NCBI GenBank assembly: GCA_964606485.1
Contig: CAZSGP010000004.1
Location: 230,376 to 294,375 of the forward strand
Reading direction: 5' to 3'
Source of the DNA: an uncultured Planctomycetia bacterium
GTDB lineage: Bacteria > Omnitrophota > Gorgyraeia > 2-02-FULL-51-18
Length of the DNA: 64,000 nucleotides
The position numbers and the translations under genes were made by a program. The notes beneath the pieces are model-generated. The model was not told where the DNA came from and did not search any database. It worked only from the letters and a program-made list of their open reading frames with translations. Below are positions 1 to 10,747 of this stretch, one piece after another. The first letter of the stretch is position 1. Each line of letters opens with the position of its first letter.

Positions 1-37
1 TTCCAAGGTCAAAGATAAAGAGAAGCTCGTTGTTGAG

Positions 38-3000
38 ATGGGTAAACGTTTAGTGTTGAAAAAAGATATCGATCTCACCATCAACAAGCTCAATGAAATC
101 GGACGCGCCGCGGCTTCGGAATCAAGTCTTAAACGTTTCAGCGAAGGATTTGAAAAGCTCTCCCAGAAAAACAAACAAAAATTGGTTTTAGAAATTATTC
201 GTAAGATTCAGGAAAACAAGATGAGTGAGTACGTCGAGCTTAAGCTTGGAACCGATCTTGTTATGGGTATGGGCTTTGTGGTTAAGCAAGGCCGTGGTGA
301 AAGACTGAAGGTCTCCGATGCTCGCAAGGCCATTGCTAAAGATATTTTGAAAATGGAAGCCGCTTTGTACAAGGCCTTAACGATGCAGGACAAAACACTT
401 AATAAAGCGGTGGAACTGAATAAAGTCGCGCAAAGTATGCTGAAGAGTGTGGAGCAAATGGACATCTCTTCTATGGAGAAAGCTGCTAAAGAATTGTACA
501 AGATGCAAGATGGAATTAGCGAAAAGGATAAGAAAGAGTTGGATGAGCCAGATCCGACGGCGCCTGAGCAATGGTATAAAAAATATGAAAAAGCATTTTT
601 GGTTCAATACGTTCATCGAATTAAAGTTTTAAAAGAAAAAATCGATCAGGCTAAGGACTCCGATAAGACATCTCTTGAAGTGGAGCTGAGACAGCGCATT
701 CAAAAATTAAAAGTGACGCTACAGGAGTTTGAAGTCAAACAAAAATCCATTGAAGCGCTGGCTAAGTCGCCCAAATCGGCATGGATCAGTGCTTTGGGAA
801 CCGATAAGTTTAAAGCACTTGAAAAAGCGTATGCTGAGTTCCTCAAAGCAAAAGCGTCCGATAAAACTGAGAAGAGTCAAAAAATAAAAGAGACGAGAGC
901 GTGGGATGCGTTAGTTAAGGAGTTGTCCACACCTGATGCGAAGACCCAGAAATCTCTTACGGATTTTGCATCTGACATGGGTCTCATTGCAGATAAAGAC
1001 AAAGTAGACAGTGAGACCTTGGTCGAAATCTTTAAAATGATTGGTTCTATGCCTGACGAAGGCTTCCAGGAATTTTTAGCGCCAAATAAAAAATTAGCGC
1101 TCTACTACCAGAAAGAAGTAAACAAGCTTGAGACTGGCCTTAAGAAAGATTATGAGGCGAGTGAAGGCTTGGATATGCAGAAGCAATCTCCTGAACGTTT
1201 GAAAATTTTAGCGGAGAGAGTAAAGATCGCTTCAGAGAAAGGAAAAACCATGAGTTTTGCTGAAGCATGGGTTTACGCTAAAGAAATTTTTAAATACTCG
1301 ATTGTTGATCAAGACAAAGCCACTAAAGATTTCATTCATGGGCAGCATGATTACCGCGCCGAGCAAGAACTGATGATTCTAGGTCTTTTGGAAGGTCATA
1401 ACGTGGCCTTAGGAACCGGCGCAGGCAAAACCAATGTATTTTATATTTATCACATGATCCAGCGCTTTATACAGGGCGAGGCTTATCGCGGCAAACTCTT
1501 GGTGGAAAATGAGGACGCGATTCGAAATTATGCTGCCGAGGTCGTCGATGGAGTTACAACTGCCAATAACCGCGACACACAGATGACGATTTGGTATATG
1601 CAAAAAACTTCGGGCCTATATTTGTTCGATGGCCATAAATCCTTTTCCAACAAATCCGGCGACCGCTCAGACGTGATCGAGGCCCATAAAGATTCCAATA
1701 AACTCGTGATCATTAATTACATCAGCAACGTGCATTTGCTCAATGAAGCGGCCAAGGACGCTCAACGCGGAAAGCCGGAGCTGTGGAATGCTATGAAAGA
1801 GACGAATACGTATTCCCTCGACGAATTCCATAAATTCTTAAAGAGCAAAGAATCAGGAATGATCGCTGAAAATCTTCGCTCGGTGGATCTGCCACATGTG
1901 ATCAACGTGCTCAATGTGATCAATGCGATTGCGGATTTAAAAGCGGATGGCAGTTTTGGCGTGCGCAATGTTGTAAAAGAGTTCAAAGGGTCTAAAAAAT
2001 ACGAGGACTACGTCGCTGAGTCCAAGTCACGGCTCGGAAAAGATAAATCCGAAATTTTCTACAATCCGGAAACAACTGAGGTGTATTTGAGCGAGGCCAT
2101 GCGCCAAAACCTGGAAAAGAAGGGTTTTAGTTCCGGTATGGTGAGTTCAGTGGTTCGTGCCCTCATGGCCAAAGTAGGGTATCACTACTCCACGCATTTT
2201 GACGCCAAGACTAGCCAAGAGGTGATCGTGCCCGTTAGTCCTGAGGGGGGTAAGAGTGAAGAGTCTAGTTTCCAAGATACGAATTATCAAATTGCCTTAG
2301 CGCTGCGTGCATCCCGCGGGGATGTGATGTCGGCTCAGCGCATGGCACGTAAGAGCGATACGTCGATGTCGAGTGCCATTGCACAGAGTATTCGCATTAA
2401 TGCGCGTGCCAGCGTAGTGGGTGGTTCCGGCACACTGCAAGGGCTCGAAGGGTTGCAGAACTATCAAGTGGGTTCTCGTATTTTAAATATTTCCGGTTCT
2501 CGTCTGGATGAAGGCCGAGTAGCCAATGACCACATTTTTGAGGGAGCCGAAGGCGAGAAAAAGATTCTCGAAAAAATTAATAAATCTTTAACGGACGGTA
2601 TCAGTGTTTTGGTGGCAGTTAGCGCTAAAGAATTTAAAACCTTTGAAAAATATAAAAATGGAAAAAATGATTTATTTAACGGTTATGACGTAGTCACTCT
2701 CGACAAAGATACCACCGAAAAAGAACTCGATAATATTATTAAAGATCCGTGGGCTAAGGGTCCGGGAGGCGTTAGAAAGCCACGCGTGATTTTAATTTCC
2801 GAAAGAGGATGGACGGGACGCGATTACAAACAACTCGAAAAAGCGGCCGATAAACTAACCGACGAAGCTATTACGAAGCAATCTTTGCACCAGGTTGTGA
2901 TTGGCGCTCAAGATATAGCCGCGTCTGACTTTATCCAGCTGCTCGGTCGTGTGGGCCGTAACAATTCGGAGCTTACCGCAGAAAGATTTTTCCAGGTAAA

Positions 3001-6000
3001 CGGTGAGGCACTTTCCGACCGTCTCTCAAACTTAAAAAATGATCAGGTTCGCAACGATTTCCGAAATAAACTGATCATGCGCTATGCCGAAAGCCCGGGT
3101 GAAGTTGGCGAAGTGCTTAAACTTTTGAATGCATACGAAAAGGCTGAGGGAGATATCAGTAAATTAAGCCCTTCAGAAGCCCTTCGTTTAAATGCTCACT
3201 TTATCGAAATGGATGTGAACATATCCGAAGGTGCGCGTTATTCCATTCGCGACAATGCGCGTAACGAAATTGAAATTAAACCGATCCGAGATTCTTTATT
3301 CGAATTGGGCGAAGGGACGGTAGGTTACGAGCGCGCGTCCCTTGCCCAGCAGAAATTATTCGACAGCCACAGTGATTCGGCGGATCTTGAGATGAAACAG
3401 CGTGAGTTCGGAACCGGCGAAGAAATGGCTCTAGGCACGGTGCGTCAGTCGGTGAGAAATGCGCGCGTGCAATGGGAAGGCATCTTCTCTTTTAGAAAAA
3501 CCGGCGAAACAACCTGGCAGGCGATTCGTTCGGGAAGCATGTGGAATGGTGTTAAATTTGTATTGCGCTCGTTCTCTCCGCTTCGCCCACTCCACATTCG
3601 GAGCAACATGAAATTTTTATTCATTGCGGCGCGGACGGTCACTCAACTGCGGGCTAAGGAAGCAGAGCTGCTTCCCGGAAATAGCGAAACAATCGTCGCC
3701 AAACATAGGCTTGCGCGTTTTAACGGGACGTCCGCAGCTTCACTGCGAAAATTAAATTCCAATAGTGTTTCTGATATCGTTGATAATTTGGTTGAAAGTT
3801 CGCTCGCGTTGGCGGAGCGCGATATCATCAAATCGCACCAGAATTCCAATCCATTTAAAGGTGAAATCCGTAATGCCACCGTCCATATCCGCATGGAAGC
3901 CCGCGGCCGACAGGCGAAAGAAGAAGTAGTCAACGACCAGACCGTGAAAGCGGAAGTCGTTAGCCGCACCGGCGAAGGATTTTTCATGAAATTCGACAAG
4001 TTTAACAAAATTGAAAATCTCGGCGCTGGCTGGCAGCTCATGGTGATTCCACAAGCGAGTGGAGTGCCATTGATTCAGCTTTTTAACCCGAATGATACCG
4101 AAGCCACGCCAGTTTATATGACGTTCGGTGACGACGAAACGATGAAAGCGCTTTTTGCGGGATTAACGAGTATCAGTAAAGGCAGCGTCAATATCAGCAA
4201 CGAAATCACGACGATATCTTTTGCACCGGTCAATAACGAATTTCACAACAAAACGACACTTCACCAAATTTTCCGCCAAACGGGTTTTGGTTCAAATGCC
4301 CAAGCGGGAATTGGTATTGTCGGAGCGGCGCTGGGTTTAAAAAATTTGGATCACCGCAGTGAAAATATTTCCGTCGAACAATTGGCGGCTCAAATGAACA
4401 ACGCTAAAGACGGAACGCTCGTTGCCCCTAGCGACGTGATTTCCCGTGTGGTTGACGCGATCAGTCTCGCGCATAAGCTGACGCGCTCAGTTCAGGATGA
4501 CAGGTCTTTCATTACGCTTACTGAAAAAGAGAAAGCAATGTCGCTTAATCCTGTGGTTGCGCAAAATCTTGCGGTATTGGCAAGCCATAATTTTAATTTT
4601 GCGGGTCTTGGGAATTTAGGGGAGGTGGCACTGGCTCTCAAGTTTGTGGACCCTTCACTTCAGCCAGCGGATCAGATGACAACCCTACAAAATCTAAGAG
4701 CGGCAAGAATGATATCCGACAGCACCTATTCTTATTTGAATTTGGTTTATCAGAATAATCCCTTAGATGCTCGTTCCAAAATTGATGAGTCGATTCATCA
4801 AAGTGTCGAATTTGCCCGGGTGAACGCAGAAATTAATCAATTTAACCGCAAGGAACAAAAGACCGTTCAGGTTGCAACAACTGAAAACGACAAGGCATCC
4901 AAAGCATTAAAAGAAAAACAAAAATTACTTGGTTCGAGGAATGCCTATCGTGCGGCCGGCTTATTGGTAGGCCTTGTCGGCAAGGTAAACCAAGACCGCG
5001 CCATGGATTATCTGTCCGGAGACGTCGATGCAAGCGTGGTGCCGGACAACGCGCGTGGCCGCGAGGGTCAAGTTTTTGCCGTCAATCCATGGATGAGAGA
5101 CGACATAAAGAAGTATGAAGTGGCGCCTGTGAGTATCCCCACTCAAAACACATGGGCGCGCTCAATCAAAAATGGACTTATCCGAGCCGCCAAAGGTCTG
5201 TTTGCTGCGGCTATTCTCAACCGGTCTGGGCTTCTGAGCTTTATTGAGAAACTAAGGGCACCAGGCGAGTTTGTGGCGGATTGGCTAAATAGCTTTAATG
5301 ACCGCTGGACGGTTTCAGGAGTTTCAACTTCACAGCAGATCGCAAGACAAGGATTATACAAATCCGTCGATAAGGCATTTATGAAATCACATGGTGGCAG
5401 CCAAGTAGCAAACGTTCTTGCCAAAGCACTGGTCAAGGCGGACGAAAATAGTGAGCTTAAACAAGGAACATTGCGCTACTACTATGGAGAAGACGCAAAG
5501 TCCGGCTATGCCAATGGCGGAGCGGTGGGCGCGGTGCGAAAAATTCTGGATGAAGAAGATAAATCTCAGTTTAAACCGGACCTCATGGAGGCTAGAGACA
5601 CTGACTTGGCGTTGGTCTCGATGTCATACCCCGAAATCGGAACTAGAAAGAATCTAGATCGTTTGATCGCGAGCGCTAAAGCCCTAAACACTCAGATCAA
5701 AGACCTTGCGTTCATAGACAATAAAAATTTAAATGACAGCGCCGCCGCATTTGCGGTTGATAATGACTTAACGCTGTCTGAGCTCAGCAAGCTTCAGAAG
5801 CTTCTGTCTCAAAAAGACAAGATTAAAAATTTAGAAGATCTTCAACGGGCTTTGGCTCAAGCAGATTTACTGGGCGACCGCTTCTTAGGTCTTTCACTCA
5901 TGATGCTTGGCGCCTTTTCTAAGGAGGATCTAACAAATTTCCGTAAAACCGCCTTACCACACGAAAAAGATGGTATTGAAGGCCGACCGCTGGATGAGCT

Positions 6001-9000
6001 AGAAAAAGTTGGAAAGCGCATTCGCATGAAATTTAGTCTTCAAGCGGAAAACGACCAAAACCTAGCGCTGAATATGAATTTAAAACAAGCGGTGGAAGAG
6101 GCGGTCAAAGAACCTTTTGATGAAGTAAAAGCCAAGGTTGATGCTCTCGTTCTAAAAGCAAAATCATCCGCGCCGCAGGAGGCGATTACGATTCTTCAAA
6201 AAGCCCTTTCTGAAAGAGCGGGCGATAGGCTTCTAGCCAATAGTACGGATCTTAAGACGCTTCTCAGTCAGGCTTATCTGCAATTGGCTGCTACCCAAAC
6301 GGGAATTGAGAAAGCGCGTAGCTTGGAAAAAGCATTTCAGTACGACCAAAGCCAAACCCCACTTAAAAATCAAATTGCCGATCTTTACATCGATGCTGCC
6401 AAGGCTTTGTCGAGCGACCGTTCCCCACAAGCGTTGATTCGCTTGTATCACTACTTGCGCATTGCCAATGGTTATGACCGCAGAACAGGTGACGGTGCTA
6501 TGGCAAATGCAAAGAAAGATGCAATTACCGCTGAGAAAGCTCTCTTAGAGGATGTGGAAATCCTGAGGTCTCAAAATAAAATTGTAGAATCTCTCGCACA
6601 GCTTTTACCTCTTATCGTCGAGATCGATGGTCTTCAAAGCCAGAACCGCGAGCTAGTTGAAATTTTTGCCAAAATATTTGACGTTTATCATTCGCCTTCC
6701 ATCGAGGAAATCGTTAAAGAAGCGCAGTTGCCTAGCGACAAAGATGCAATGGATCGTTACAAAACAAGACTGCTAACGCTCTACTATAATCTTTACGGTC
6801 AGGGTCTTAGCGAAAACGAGCTAGATGCAGAAAATCTAAAAGCTAAAAATGGTTACAAACCCGATCCCAACAAACGACTGGAGCGTTATAAAGCGGTAGT
6901 GAGTGCGGCTCGCGACACCGACGAACAATTTTTTGAAGATGGGTCCTCCGAAATTGAAGCGATGATGAACCAAAAGACAAAGCCTTCGTTTACGGCCACA
7001 TCCTTGAGTTTATCTAAGGAAGATGCCCAAAGAATAAAATATGCCCGCACACTTGTTTCGAAGGCGGTTGATCAACTTTTGGCGGAAACAAATAAAGGGG
7101 TCCCGCCCAAACAGCAGATTCAAATGGATATCAAAGACCGCTCGCATATTATTGCAGCCGTGGCCCAAAATATTGCGCAAGGATCGGTGCGCTTAACGGA
7201 ATCGCAACCCGGCTTAGAATCTTTTAAAGAAATGCAGGACGTCTCGATTGTGAAGAGGACATTGAGCCAGGATTTTAAAGACTACATCCATATTCTTAAA
7301 TCTAAAGAAGGTGTCGAACCTGAGTCCGATAAATTAAAAGAAGCACGTTCCATTGAGAAAAAAGTGAAAGACAAATTCAAAGAATGGGCCGTTGCGGCAG
7401 GAATTGATCCGGCGACGCTACGGGATTTCAAAGTGCAGTTTGCCAAAAAGAGTGTTCTGAAAGGTACTACAAAACTTAAGAATTCGGATGGCGCTTATCT
7501 CGAAGGCGTGGGTGTTTTAGTTATCCCGACTGACGAAGACGGCCGCGTAGAGAATCTATCTGCGGGGCTCATTGCACATGAAGGATTGCATGCAACCGCG
7601 TTTGACTTCGCACAACACGATATGCGCGAAAGCATTGTCACCTACGTTGCGTCCGTTATTGCTGCAGAGTTGGGTGATTCTTACGGGTCGATCAAACAGA
7701 TGCGTTATTACGACCGTGCGCAAACCACACTTCAAAAATGGTTTGCGGCTTCCGGAATGTCCCGTGAAAAATATGCGGCTAAACTTTTCAAGGCCTCTGT
7801 CACCGGTAGCTTTGATGAGCTTGGAATTTATGGTATCCAGGAAATCTACGAGAGATTAAAAGCGCGCGGTGTTGAATTTGTCACTATTGAAGGAAAGCGT
7901 GTTCGTTTGTCTAGCGTGCAAAAAGCATTTAAGGGAGAAAATTTTGATAAACCAGACACTTTGCCGGTATTCGTACGGCTTGGCGAAAGGGATGGTGGCT
8001 ATGAGTTGTTGCCGACTCCTGGGGAGACAACCTTAAACGGACGTCTTAGAGAGCTCGCTTCAAAGGCAGACCGCGCAGTAGATGTTTTAGAAACGGAAAG
8101 AGCGCAAACGCGCATCTTTATTTCAAAAGTATTTCCACATTTTATTGAAAACTATCGTGAGGGGCGTGCCACTGCGCACGACGAACAAAAAGTACTTCAT
8201 CTAGCCTATAAGATTAGTGAAGAGCTAGGCCGGCGTATTGCCAGGCTCTTAGAGCTTAAGGATAGGGTCGGAACATCAGAAAATGAATCCAAGGTGACAG
8301 ACGTATTAATTTCACTGAACGATCAATACTTGGCACCACTGGGCCTTCATGCGAACGCCGAATTTGAAGGTAATACGGGCTTGTTCTTCTTTAACGGTTT
8401 TGAGATTTCGAAAGTCATTGAAGGTGAGCGAGAAAACGAAGCGGCTCCGACCTTTATCGTGACAGATTTAGATATCACCGAAAACCGTAGCCGCAACAAC
8501 GCCGTGAATCGCGAAGAAGAGCGCTCGGTGACGATCTACCGCAATAGCGTTGCTCGTTGGGTTGATAACGAGTTCTACGCAACCTCTAGCGGCGAAAAAG
8601 CTGAAGTGTTGGCGGTGCTGGGTGCGGATCTTGCGGCCTTTAAAGAAGGGCGTCCGGGGACAAAATTTGGCTTAACCGATACTGGTAGAATTCAAATTAA
8701 TGATTTATACCGCACAAGTGATGAGTTTCCGCACGTTGCTAAAATTATTCAAGAATTCAATCAGGACCTTTGGCAGAACCCGATTTACGCTGGCACACGG
8801 CGCGTAGAAAATCCGGAATCAATTATCACCGATCCTGAATTACGCAATAGCGTGGTTTCAAAATTGGGCGAGCTACTGGAAAAATCAATGCGCCAAAGCA
8901 GCGCAGAAAAGAAAATTTTCAGTCAAAGTCCAGCTACCGCCAAAGACAAGACCATCATCGACATTTTACGCTACGGGGCGGAGGTAGATTTACGCGTGCA

Positions 9001-10561
9001 CGAACTTCGTCATAAACTTGATTCACGGTATTTGGTTCAGGGTAAAGGCAAACGCAGCCAGGTCTATACCACTTTGGAAGAGCGTGAATATGTTGCTCAT
9101 TTAGAAGAGTTTGCCAATCCCGAAATGCGCGATGCTTTGGCATTTGCAATTATCAAGCTGTATGCATTGGTTGAGAAGGGTACGTCCGGCCTTGGGTACA
9201 CCAAGACAGGTGCTAAGATTTTCAAAGATTTAGTCGGGTCCAATTACCGTTTACTGATGCAAAACAATAAGGAAGAGCTTCTTTCGACGCTAGAGAAGAT
9301 CGGAAAAATTTCTCCGAAGGATTTACAACTTTTAGCGATGAAGTTGCAAATGAGTGACGACCGAAAGAAAGAAAATGAATCGCACGGCGATAAAGAAATC
9401 ACAAAGCTTGCCTCAGAGCGATACGAACGCGAATTGGTTGATCTTGAAAAGAAAGCGGCAGGCGGATCGGGTTCTGGTGGGCAAGACGAATCAGTGCCAG
9501 CGCCGTTTGTGGTGCGACAATTAAATAGCGGCGTTACCCCTGTCGGCAATTTACCGGTCGACGACAAGACAAAGACCGCCGCCCGCCTCGCTACCTCACC
9601 ACTACCTTCGCCAATGGGTGCAAGATTCGCCATTGCGCCAGAGTCATTAGATCTAAACCAAGACATCGATGTGATTTTCCCCGACATGCTCAAGGCCAAT
9701 GGCGTTGAAACAAACAACGATAACGGAAAACGTTTGGTGGCGGCACTTGTTGAAATTCGCGGATTGCTCAACGAAGAAATCGATCCGCTTGTTCCATCCA
9801 AATTTGACGAAGAATTAGCGGCCCAGAAAAAATTGGCTGATGAAGCCTTGAACCTCATGGCTCCGGCTATGGCCTCTGCGATCTCCGGTGCGCTGGAAGC
9901 TTATGTGAACGCCAAAGCCATCACACGCGTGATGGAAGCAAACGGGACCGTTCGCGCGGCGGCTAAAGTGTTGCCGGCCAAAGCATTCATAACTGACAAA
10001 GGTTTCGATGCCGTAGCTGCGCAAACCATTCATATGATTGCGGGACGCGAATCAACCGGCGGGAAAAATAATTTAGCAGATACGCTGGTTCTTTATGCGG
10101 ATAAAAATGCTCCCATTGAACCGATTAAACAAGCCCTAACCGAAGTGGGGTTAGGCTGGGTGAAACTCGAAGCCGTCGACATGAGTGGAAATGTGATGGA
10201 ACAGCTGAGCACGCGCATTCCACAGATTAAAGAAAGTGCGAACATTATATTTAACGAAAGCGACAGCGCTGGTTTCATGGATGCCATTACGAACAGCGCA
10301 GACGGGGTTAAGTTTGTGGCCACTCCTCAGTCTGTCAATGCGAAGCTGAATGCTGGCTCTCAGCTCGTGCTGGCCTTCCTTGCCAAAAAGAAACTGACCG
10401 GACTCCGTGTCCCGGGGCAGGCCTCGCTTTACCAGAACGCAGCTCTAGAGAAGCTCCTTGGCAATGCCTCGCTTGCCGAATGGTTCAACGTGCCTCTTGA
10501 AATCTTCAAACTCGTCGCCCAAGCCATGGCCTCCCGCCTGGCAACCGCCAAATCCGCCTAA
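38..10561 (+). CDS. Giant multidomain protein, at least 3507 aa and probably 5'-truncated at the window edge (frame is open from nt 2, no RBS or signal peptide at the first ATG). Contains an SF2 helicase/ATPase-like motif set and an HExxH motif.
   Basis: Uninterrupted 10.5-kb ORF in the provided track. I read Walker A-like GTGAGKT at 1412-1432, DEFH (motif II-like) at 1820-1831, ISERGWTGRD (motif V-like) at 2795-2824, QLLGRVGRN (motif VI-like) at 2936-2962 and HEGLH at 7577-7591. Stop TAA at 10559-10561 is followed by a hairpin. Confidence 0.8.
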   Translation: MGKRLVLKKDIDLTINKLNEIGRAAASESSLKRFSEGFEKLSQKNKQKLVLEIIRKIQENKMSEYVELKLGTDLVMGMGFVVKQGRGERLKVSDARKAIAKDILKMEAALYKALTMQDKTLNKAVELNKVAQSMLKSVEQMDISSMEKAAKELYKMQDGISEKDKKELDEPDPTAPEQWYKKYEKAFLVQYVHRIKVLKEKIDQAKDSDKTSLEVELRQRIQKLKVTLQEFEVKQKSIEALAKSPKSAWISALGTDKFKALEKAYAEFLKAKASDKTEKSQKIKETRAWDALVKELSTPDAKTQKSLTDFASDMGLIADKDKVDSETLVEIFKMIGSMPDEGFQEFLAPNKKLALYYQKEVNKLETGLKKDYEASEGLDMQKQSPERLKILAERVKIASEKGKTMSFAEAWVYAKEIFKYSIVDQDKATKDFIHGQHDYRAEQELMILGLLEGHNVALGTGAGKTNVFYIYHMIQRFIQGEAYRGKLLVENEDAIRNYAAEVVDGVTTANNRDTQMTIWYMQKTSGLYLFDGHKSFSNKSGDRSDVIEAHKDSNKLVIINYISNVHLLNEAAKDAQRGKPELWNAMKETNTYSLDEFHKFLKSKESGMIAENLRSVDLPHVINVLNVINAIADLKADGSFGVRNVVKEFKGSKKYEDYVAESKSRLGKDKSEIFYNPETTEVYLSEAMRQNLEKKGFSSGMVSSVVRALMAKVGYHYSTHFDAKTSQEVIVPVSPEGGKSEESSFQDTNYQIALALRASRGDVMSAQRMARKSDTSMSSAIAQSIRINARASVVGGSGTLQGLEGLQNYQVGSRILNISGSRLDEGRVANDHIFEGAEGEKKILEKINKSLTDGISVLVAVSAKEFKTFEKYKNGKNDLFNGYDVVTLDKDTTEKELDNIIKDPWAKGPGGVRKPRVILISERGWTGRDYKQLEKAADKLTDEAITKQSLHQVVIGAQDIAASDFIQLLGRVGRNNSELTAERFFQVNGEALSDRLSNLKNDQVRNDFRNKLIMRYAESPGEVGEVLKLLNAYEKAEGDISKLSPSEALRLNAHFIEMDVNISEGARYSIRDNARNEIEIKPIRDSLFELGEGTVGYERASLAQQKLFDSHSDSADLEMKQREFGTGEEMALGTVRQSVRNARVQWEGIFSFRKTGETTWQAIRSGSMWNGVKFVLRSFSPLRPLHIRSNMKFLFIAARTVTQLRAKEAELLPGNSETIVAKHRLARFNGTSAASLRKLNSNSVSDIVDNLVESSLALAERDIIKSHQNSNPFKGEIRNATVHIRMEARGRQAKEEVVNDQTVKAEVVSRTGEGFFMKFDKFNKIENLGAGWQLMVIPQASGVPLIQLFNPNDTEATPVYMTFGDDETMKALFAGLTSISKGSVNISNEITTISFAPVNNEFHNKTTLHQIFRQTGFGSNAQAGIGIVGAALGLKNLDHRSENISVEQLAAQMNNAKDGTLVAPSDVISRVVDAISLAHKLTRSVQDDRSFITLTEKEKAMSLNPVVAQNLAVLASHNFNFAGLGNLGEVALALKFVDPSLQPADQMTTLQNLRAARMISDSTYSYLNLVYQNNPLDARSKIDESIHQSVEFARVNAEINQFNRKEQKTVQVATTENDKASKALKEKQKLLGSRNAYRAAGLLVGLVGKVNQDRAMDYLSGDVDASVVPDNARGREGQVFAVNPWMRDDIKKYEVAPVSIPTQNTWARSIKNGLIRAAKGLFAAAILNRSGLLSFIEKLRAPGEFVADWLNSFNDRWTVSGVSTSQQIARQGLYKSVDKAFMKSHGGSQVANVLAKALVKADENSELKQGTLRYYYGEDAKSGYANGGAVGAVRKILDEEDKSQFKPDLMEARDTDLALVSMSYPEIGTRKNLDRLIASAKALNTQIKDLAFIDNKNLNDSAAAFAVDNDLTLSELSKLQKLLSQKDKIKNLEDLQRALAQADLLGDRFLGLSLMMLGAFSKEDLTNFRKTALPHEKDGIEGRPLDELEKVGKRIRMKFSLQAENDQNLALNMNLKQAVEEAVKEPFDEVKAKVDALVLKAKSSAPQEAITILQKALSERAGDRLLANSTDLKTLLSQAYLQLAATQTGIEKARSLEKAFQYDQSQTPLKNQIADLYIDAAKALSSDRSPQALIRLYHYLRIANGYDRRTGDGAMANAKKDAITAEKALLEDVEILRSQNKIVESLAQLLPLIVEIDGLQSQNRELVEIFAKIFDVYHSPSIEEIVKEAQLPSDKDAMDRYKTRLLTLYYNLYGQGLSENELDAENLKAKNGYKPDPNKRLERYKAVVSAARDTDEQFFEDGSSEIEAMMNQKTKPSFTATSLSLSKEDAQRIKYARTLVSKAVDQLLAETNKGVPPKQQIQMDIKDRSHIIAAVAQNIAQGSVRLTESQPGLESFKEMQDVSIVKRTLSQDFKDYIHILKSKEGVEPESDKLKEARSIEKKVKDKFKEWAVAAGIDPATLRDFKVQFAKKSVLKGTTKLKNSDGAYLEGVGVLVIPTDEDGRVENLSAGLIAHEGLHATAFDFAQHDMRESIVTYVASVIAAELGDSYGSIKQMRYYDRAQTTLQKWFAASGMSREKYAAKLFKASVTGSFDELGIYGIQEIYERLKARGVEFVTIEGKRVRLSSVQKAFKGENFDKPDTLPVFVRLGERDGGYELLPTPGETTLNGRLRELASKADRAVDVLETERAQTRIFISKVFPHFIENYREGRATAHDEQKVLHLAYKISEELGRRIARLLELKDRVGTSENESKVTDVLISLNDQYLAPLGLHANAEFEGNTGLFFFNGFEISKVIEGERENEAAPTFIVTDLDITENRSRNNAVNREEERSVTIYRNSVARWVDNEFYATSSGEKAEVLAVLGADLAAFKEGRPGTKFGLTDTGRIQINDLYRTSDEFPHVAKIIQEFNQDLWQNPIYAGTRRVENPESIITDPELRNSVVSKLGELLEKSMRQSSAEKKIFSQSPATAKDKTIIDILRYGAEVDLRVHELRHKLDSRYLVQGKGKRSQVYTTLEEREYVAHLEEFANPEMRDALAFAIIKLYALVEKGTSGLGYTKTGAKIFKDLVGSNYRLLMQNNKEELLSTLEKIGKISPKDLQLLAMKLQMSDDRKKENESHGDKEITKLASERYERELVDLEKKAAGGSGSGGQDESVPAPFVVRQLNSGVTPVGNLPVDDKTKTAARLATSPLPSPMGARFAIAPESLDLNQDIDVIFPDMLKANGVETNNDNGKRLVAALVEIRGLLNEEIDPLVPSKFDEELAAQKKLADEALNLMAPAMASAISGALEAYVNAKAITRVMEANGTVRAAAKVLPAKAFITDKGFDAVAAQTIHMIAGRESTGGKNNLADTLVLYADKNAPIEPIKQALTEVGLGWVKLEAVDMSGNVMEQLSTRIPQIKESANIIFNESDSAGFMDAITNSADGVKFVATPQSVNAKLNAGSQLVLAFLAKKKLTGLRVPGQASLYQNAALEKLLGNASLAEWFNVPLEIFKLVAQAMASRLATAKSA
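1412..2962 (+). other. SF2 (DEAD/DExH- or SecA-like) ATPase core motif set inside giant ORF1
   Basis: Order and wording of motifs I (ALGTGAGKT), II (DEFH), V (SERGWTGRD) and VI (QLLGRVGRN) match SF2 helicase conserved motifs. The ~330-aa spacing between motifs II and V implies a large insertion. Confidence 0.45.
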
Positions 10562-10607
10562 TCTAATAATTTAATCGATTAATTTATCAAAAGTTAATCG
10601 AACAAAT

Positions 10608-10652
10608 AACCTAGTATGCATCCCGGAAGCATACTAGGTTATCCGGTTTATT
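10608..10652 (+). terminator. Candidate intrinsic terminator after giant ORF1
   Basis: Perfect 12-bp inverted repeat aacctagtatgc / gcatactaggtt (10608-10619 and 10629-10640) with a 9-nt loop, followed by atccggTTTaTT. It lies 47 nt after the TAA stop. Confidence 0.45.
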
Positions 10653-10718
10653 AACTTAAGCCAAATTAAGCAAATTCTTACTTTTGATATGACTAAGTAA
10701 AAATATTTTAAATGACCC

Positions 10719-10747
10719 TTGTAAAGCCCATTTCCGTCGTGTATACT
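10719..10747 (+). promoter_or_regulatory. Candidate sigma70-like promoter for giant ORF2
   Basis: TTGTAA (10719-10724), 17-nt spacer, TATACT (10742-10747), in the AT-rich 269-bp spacer about 85 nt upstream of the TTG start. Confidence 0.35.

Noticed and set aside
38-10561. Calling the first ATG at 38 the true start of giant ORF1
   Set aside because: The frame is open back to nt 2 at the window edge. There is no SD-like sequence before 38, and the N-terminus has no signal or TM segment. Reported from 38 only because that is the first in-window start; the gene most likely begins upstream of the window.
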